Shown here piece by piece: positions 25,082 to 29,413 of a stretch of DNA of 29,413 nt; within the stretch, counting starts at the first letter, position 1; every line of letters starts with the position of its first letter. Under the pieces are notes generated by a model. The model was not told the origin of the DNA. It was given only the letters and a program-made list of their open reading frames with translations, and searched no databases. A program made the translations under genes and the position numbers. This stretch comes from Candidatus Limnocylindria bacterium. GTDB taxonomy: Bacteria; Chloroflexota; Limnocylindria; QHBO01. The stretch spans positions 1 through 29,413 of the forward strand of contig DASUSP010000122.1 in NCBI GenBank assembly GCA_036375035.1, written 5' to 3'.

Positions 25082-25811
25082 CTAATCGCGTTTGACCACC
25101 ACGCCCCAAAGCGGTCTGATGGGCCTCCAGGTCCCAGTCGGGTCAATCACCTCCGGTGTCCATGGGCCAGCCGCGACCACCCGCGCCGGCGGGCTGGAAG
25201 CGCCCTTCAATGTCGACACCAACAACGCGTCTACCCTGCATTCGGGGGCGAGCAGTCCGGTTGACGCGAATGACCGCGCCCCTTCGTTCGGCAAGGGAGG
25301 CGAGTGCATATGTCGACGCAGACGGGGCAATCGGATGCCCGACTTCGACCAGACAGGCGCTCGGGCCGGCCGCGAGTTGGGGCACGAGCTCGCCCAGCTC
25401 ATCAGACTCGACCAGCCTGGCCGGGAGGTCAGGAGATGCCGACCTGAGCTCCGCCGCCAGTTCGACCAGCCGCACTCGGTTCTCCGACACGTGAAGCACG
25501 CCCGTCGCATCCCGGCTCAGCCATGTCCCTCCGTCGGCATCGACCAACCAGGTGCACAGACTGAGTGTCTCGTGGTACAGCGAAACAAGAGTGGGGTCGA
25601 ACGGATAGCCGACGTAGCCTGAGTTCCGGCCCGAGGCTCCGGCCGCCAGGGCTTCGCGCTCGTAAAGGGTTACGGCTGCGCCGTCGCTGGCCAAGAACGC
25701 TGCAGCGGCCGTACCGCACACTCCGCCTCCAATGACGACGAAATCTGGAGAGGTGGTGGGATTCACAGGTGCCGCATTCGATCCATAGTCGCCGATAACC
25801 CTCCGGGTCAA
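25082..25811 (-). pseudogene. FAD-dependent oxidoreductase (DAO/glycine oxidase family), frameshifted and C-terminally truncated
   Basis: FVVIGGGVCG, TLYER..LAAGASGRNSG. An extra G at about 25180-25182 shifts the conserved (A)VVAAGPW motif to another frame, which stops at 25082 after about 240 aa in total. Confidence 0.8.
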
Positions 25812-27511
25812 CCGGATTGGCTGGCGGCCTCGACCCAGCCGGGAATCTCGCGCCGGAAGATCGTCAGCGGCAATGTTCCGTGCCCGAGCACCTCGTCATG
25901 GAAGACGGCGAGGTCGAAGCGCCCGCCCATGCGTTCAGACACCTCGCGCCGTGCCTGCTCGATCTCTCGCTGGCCGACCTTGTATGCCAGCGCCTGGGCC
26001 GGCCACACCAGATAGCGGTCGACCTCCGTCTCCGCAAACGCTCTCGGAGCGCCGAGTCGCTCCCGGAAGTAGTCGATCGCCTGCTCGCGGCTCCATCGGT
26101 ATGCGTGCAGTCCGGTGTCAGCCACCACTCGCACGGCGCGATAGAGCTGGAACTCGAGCATGCCGAGCCTTTCCAGGTCGCTGGCGTAGAGGCCCATTTC
26201 ATCGGCCAGCCGTTCGGCATAGAGCCCCCAGCCTTCGATGAATCCGGTCCCGCTCGGGGGCGGAAGAGCGGCACTGCCGCTCACGGAGGCGATCTCGGTG
26301 CGGAACCGCGGCAGACCGCTGAGCTCGATCTCGATCGCCACCTGGAAGTGATGGCCGGGGATTGCCTCGTGGAAGGTGACGACTGGAAGCATGGGCAGGG
26401 GAAGGCCGGGATGTGGGTTCGTATTGAGGTAGAACAACCCAGGTCGCGAGCCGTCCCGAGCGGGCGGCCAGTAATGCGTCTGCTGAAAGTCCTCGAGGTC
26501 ACCATCGATCGGTTTGACGTTGCACGCCGCTCGCGGGAGGCGCCGAAAGAACCTTGGGGCGGAAGCCTCCGCCTGCCGAACGCGCTCGGTGGCGACATCG
26601 AGTTGCTGCTGTCTCGCGATCGGCTGATTGGCCGGTTCCTCGATGAGTTGTCGCCGCAGTGGTTCGCGGTCGGAATAGCCTAATCGGCGGGCGAGCTCGT
26701 CCATCTCGGCCTCGATGTGTTCGACTTCGGCCAGACCGAAGCGGTGGAGATCGTCGGGGGCCGTCTGCAGGGTCGTTTGCAGGCGAATGGCGAGCTCGTA
26801 CGCGCGTTCGCCGTTAGGCGTGGAACTCAGGCCCGGCTCCGAGCGGGCGGCTGGCTCGTACACCTCTGCCAGAAAGTCCCGCAGGAGCTGCAGCGCCGGG
26901 TAGACGTGAGCCTCCACCGCCTGCTTGACTCGGTCGCGGGCGACCTCGCTCGCGACCTGGGCCAACGTCACCGCCCTGCTCTCGGCCGGCGGCCGCGCCA
27001 GCATTCGCTCGATGTGCGCGATCGTCTTGCGAACCGGCGCCGGTTGCGAGGTCCGGCCATCCCCGATCCCCTCTCGCAAGGTGGCGATGTGCTGTGTAAT
27101 GGCGCGGGGGTAGGCGGCAAAGCGAGCCAGGAGTGCGTCGAGCGCGTCCGGCTGCTGCGCGGGCTGGAACTCGGCAATCTCCGCAGGCAGGGTCTGCACC
27201 CCCATCATGTGGTCGACCGCCAGCTGATACTGCTTCTGTTCCATCGCTTCGAGCCGGTTGCGGGCCAGCAGAACCAGCATCTCGAGGGTCACCGCCTGCT
27301 CGCCGGTTGGCTGGTGGCGGATTGCCTCGGCCTCTGTCAAGAGCCCGCGGCAGGCGGCTGCTTCGGCCGCGCGCCCCGCATCACCGAAGTCGGGCAGCCG
27401 ATCGTCCCAGCGCCGATCGCCGATGCGTGTGGCGGAAACCGGATCGCGCTCCAGCACACCATCAAGGAAGCGATCGGCGACCTCGTCGACATCAGCGATT
27501 GGACGGGTCAT
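25808..27511 (-). CDS. DUF885 family protein (putative zinc metallopeptidase-like)
   Basis: N-terminal DPVSATRIGDRRWDDRLPD, TFHEAIPGHHFQ, GFIEGWGLYAERLADEMGLY, RAVRVVADTGLH, EVDRY..WPAQALAYKVG, FHDEVLGHGTLPL. Start set at ATG 27511. Confidence 0.88.
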   Translation of the reverse strand: MTRPIADVDEVADRFLDGVLERDPVSATRIGDRRWDDRLPDFGDAGRAAEAAACRGLLTEAEAIRHQPTGEQAVTLEMLVLLARNRLEAMEQKQYQLAVDHMMGVQTLPAEIAEFQPAQQPDALDALLARFAAYPRAITQHIATLREGIGDGRTSQPAPVRKTIAHIERMLARPPAESRAVTLAQVASEVARDRVKQAVEAHVYPALQLLRDFLAEVYEPAARSEPGLSSTPNGERAYELAIRLQTTLQTAPDDLHRFGLAEVEHIEAEMDELARRLGYSDREPLRRQLIEEPANQPIARQQQLDVATERVRQAEASAPRFFRRLPRAACNVKPIDGDLEDFQQTHYWPPARDGSRPGLFYLNTNPHPGLPLPMLPVVTFHEAIPGHHFQVAIEIELSGLPRFRTEIASVSGSAALPPPSGTGFIEGWGLYAERLADEMGLYASDLERLGMLEFQLYRAVRVVADTGLHAYRWSREQAIDYFRERLGAPRAFAETEVDRYLVWPAQALAYKVGQREIEQARREVSERMGGRFDLAVFHDEVLGHGTLPLTIFRREIPGWVEAASQSG

Positions 27512-27630
27512 GAGGCTCTTGCACCCCGACTTCTGACGGATGGCACGCGGCTGTCGGAATCCAGAAACATCGCGTTGCGGCCCGGTGCCGACCAGAGCCA
27601 TTCGGCCCCATACCGGGCCTCGTCTGTGCG

Positions 27631-27649
27631 GCTGAGTTATGCGCTGTCA
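27631..27649 (+). repeat. 19-bp direct repeat, right copy
   Basis: GCTGAGTTATGCGCTGTCA, followed by a second GCGGTGT motif 11 bp after the internal GCGCTGT. Confidence 0.85.
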
Positions 27650-27708
27650 CAGCGGTGTGCCACTGACATCGGTCCATGGGGTCGGTCGGAGGTCCCGCAG
27701 CGCTCGGT

Positions 27709-27714
27709 TATGAT
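27709..27714 (+). promoter_or_regulatory. Candidate -10 element for the intact tRNA-Gly, located inside the island
   Basis: TATGAT ends 21 nt upstream of the tRNA; no convincing -35. Confidence 0.4.
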
Positions 27715-27735
27715 GTCTGCCCACGCTCGAATCGG

Positions 27736-27811
27736 GCGGGAGTAGCTCAGTTGGCAGAGCGTCAGCCTTCCAAGCTGAATGTCGCGGGTTCGATCCCCGT
27801 CTCCCGCTCCA
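27736..27811 (+). tRNA. tRNA-Gly (anticodon TCC), CCA encoded
   Basis: 76-nt cloverleaf: GCGGGAG/CTCCCGC acceptor stem, GCTC/GAGC D-stem, TCAGC-CTTCCAA-GCTGA anticodon arm, GGTTCGATCC T-arm, T discriminator, CCA. Confidence 0.98.
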
Positions 27812-27857
27812 TCCCCCCATCGGGCGCGAACTCGGGCGTGGGCATGAGGTGCGCTTC

Positions 27858-29204
27858 GTGAAGCCTTCAGGCGGAACGGCGAGCCGTGTCGTCGAGCGAC
27901 TGCTCGCCCCATTGCGCGACTTCATCCATGCCGAGGTCTCGGGCGGCATCGTGCTCCTGGCCGCCACGCTGGCGGCCCTCGCCTGGGCGAACTCGCCATG
28001 GGGCGAGACCTACCCGGCGGTGTGGCAGACCCAGCTTGTGGTCGGCACCGACGACATCGGGCTCACCAAGCCGCTCCAGCTGTGGATCAACGACGGGCTG
28101 ATGGCGATCTTCTTCTTCGTCGTCGGTCTCGAGATCAAGCGCGAGATCGTGGCCGGGGAGCTGTCCTCGCCGCGGCGCGCTCTCGTCCCCATCGCCGCCG
28201 CCCTCGGCGGGGCCGCTGCGCCGGCGCTGATCTTCCTGGGCTTCACGCTCGGCACCGACGCGGCCCGGGGATGGGGCATCGCCATGGCCACCGACATCGC
28301 GTTCGCGCTGGGGCTGCTGGCCCTGCTCGGATCGCGCGTGCCCCTCACCCTGCGGCTGTTCGTGACGGCGCTGGCCATCGTGGACGACATCATGGCCGTC
28401 CTGGTCATCGCCGTCTTCTACACCGCCGAAGTGTCGGTCGCCTGGTTGGCGGCATCGGCCGGGCTCATCGGACTGCTCATCGCCGTCAACCGCCTCGGCA
28501 TTCGCACCATCGGTGTCTACGTGGTGATCGGCCTCCTGCTGTGGGTGGCCGTCCTCCAGTCCGGGCTGCACGCCACCCTCGCCGGGGTGCTGCTCGCCGC
28601 CGCGATCCCGGCCAGCACCAGGCGCTCCCCCCGGGACGTGCCCGAGCGAACGGCGTCGGCGCTGAGGCGATTGACAGAAGCCATCGCGGGCGAGCCGACG
28701 ACCCGGGAGACCGCCTACGAGCGAGAGGCCGCCCTGTGGGAGCTGGAGGCTGTCGCCGCGTCGGCCCAGTCACCGCTGCATCGGCTGGAGCACGCGCTCC
28801 ACCCGTGGACCGCGTTCCTGATCGTGCCGCTCTTCGCGCTCGCCAACGCCGGGGTGGCGATCGGCACCTACCTGGGCGAGGCAGCCACGAGCCCGATCAG
28901 CCACGGCATCGTGGCCGGCCTCGTCATCGGCAAGCAGGCGGGCATCCTCGGGGCGACCTGGGTCGTCGTCGCCACCGGACTCGGCCGGCTCCCGGAGGGC
29001 CTGGACTGGCGGCACATCTGGGGAGCGGGGTGGGTGTGCGGGATCGGGTTCACGATGTCGCTCTTCATCGCCGAACTGGCGTTCCCCGGTGGTGACTCGC
29101 TGGCCGTGGCCAAGCTGGGGATCCTGGCCGCGTCGCTCCTGGGGGCGAGCGGCGGCCTGTTCGTGCTCATGCGCAGAGGCACGGCCCCGGCGGCCGAGGG
29201 GTGA
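27858..29204 (+). CDS. nhaA: Na+/H+ antiporter NhaA
   Basis: WINDGLMAIFFFVVGLEIKRE, AMATDIAF, ALAIVDDI, SGLHATLAGV, RLEHALHPW, CGIGFTMSLFI. GTG 27858 preferred (GAGGT upstream); GTG 27849 is an alternative. Confidence 0.95.
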   Translation: MKPSGGTASRVVERLLAPLRDFIHAEVSGGIVLLAATLAALAWANSPWGETYPAVWQTQLVVGTDDIGLTKPLQLWINDGLMAIFFFVVGLEIKREIVAGELSSPRRALVPIAAALGGAAAPALIFLGFTLGTDAARGWGIAMATDIAFALGLLALLGSRVPLTLRLFVTALAIVDDIMAVLVIAVFYTAEVSVAWLAASAGLIGLLIAVNRLGIRTIGVYVVIGLLLWVAVLQSGLHATLAGVLLAAAIPASTRRSPRDVPERTASALRRLTEAIAGEPTTRETAYEREAALWELEAVAASAQSPLHRLEHALHPWTAFLIVPLFALANAGVAIGTYLGEAATSPISHGIVAGLVIGKQAGILGATWVVVATGLGRLPEGLDWRHIWGAGWVCGIGFTMSLFIAELAFPGGDSLAVAKLGILAASLLGASGGLFVLMRRGTAPAAEG

Positions 29205-29413
29205 GCCTCGCGCCCGCGCTCCTCCTGTTCGTGGTCGGGAGCGTGCTGCTGGTCGTGGGGGCCGAGAGCCTTGTGCGTGGCGCGTCCCGCCTGGCTGCTG
29301 CCGCCCGCGTCTCGCCGCTCGTCGTGGGCCTGACCGTGGTCGCCTTCGGCACCAGCTCGCCGGAGTTCGCCGTGACGATCGGCTCTGTCGCCCAGGGCCA
29401 GACCGACCTCGCG
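29201..29413 (+). CDS. Calcium/sodium antiporter (CaCA, YrbG-like), 5' partial at the window edge
   Basis: Manual translation MSLAPALLLFVVGSVLLVVGAESLVRGASRLA..VSPLVVGLTVVAFGTSSPEFAVT contains the alpha-1 repeat GTSxPE; GTGA overlap with nhaA. Confidence 0.9.
   Translation, partial: MSLAPALLLFVVGSVLLVVGAESLVRGASRLAAAARVSPLVVGLTVVAFGTSSPEFAVTIGSVAQGQTDLA

Larger units (their letters stand above)
24934..27775. mobile_element. Degenerate / non-autonomous tRNA-Gly-integrated island (~2.8 kb), no integrase
   Basis: Bounded by a 40-bp tRNA direct repeat, with repeated motifs on both inner arms; cargo is DUF885 plus a broken DAO-family gene. Confidence 0.7.

Noticed and set aside
27676-27967. Small ORFs overlapping the tRNA (27676-27861 +, 27647-27967 -, 27637-27912 -)
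   Set aside because: They are translations of the tRNA-Gly gene and its flanks.
57-29352. Many long overlapping or antisense ORFs in the track (e.g. 57-1169 +, 2689-3831 -, 18577-20334 +, 22666-23919 +, 26717-27745 +)
   Set aside because: They are shadow frames of well-supported genes; Arg/Pro/Gly-rich, without motifs, and expected at this GC content.
1-29413. CRISPR array, rRNA, IS/transposase, integrase or defence system
   Set aside because: No regularly spaced repeats, rRNA-like sequence, DDE or tyrosine/serine recombinase motifs, or recognisable defence genes were seen.

Overview
High-GC bacterial chromosomal window; the gene content suggests Chloroflexota or Actinomycetota (inference only). 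Left to right: a Rieske/cytochrome b operon (Rieske plus one fused b6-subunit IV-cytochrome c polypeptide) divergent from a NarL-type two-component system; an sseA-sufE-cNMP-binding operon; a class-III aminotransferase, WS/DGAT acyltransferase and orphan membrane protein; a YbjT-like SDR; a ~3.3 kb block (GNAT, secreted protein, FAD oxidoreductase plus cNMP partner) bracketed by two truncated paralogues of genes that are intact elsewhere in the window; a long-chain acyl-CoA ligase; a tightly coupled six-gene operon (APC permease, degenerate SDR, SDR, PuuE-like CE4 hydrolase, SDR, agmatinase/guanidinobutyrase) that looks like an uncharacterised amine/guanidino catabolic pathway; a universal stress protein; a ~2.8 kb integrase-less island in tRNA-Gly(TCC) that duplicates the 5' half of the tRNA rather than the usual 3' half, with repeated motifs on both inner arms and DUF885 plus a broken DAO-family gene as cargo; then nhaA and the start of a Ca2+/Na+ antiporter. 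No CRISPR array, rRNA, transposase or integrase was seen. Family calls come from motif recognition by eye, not from database searches.
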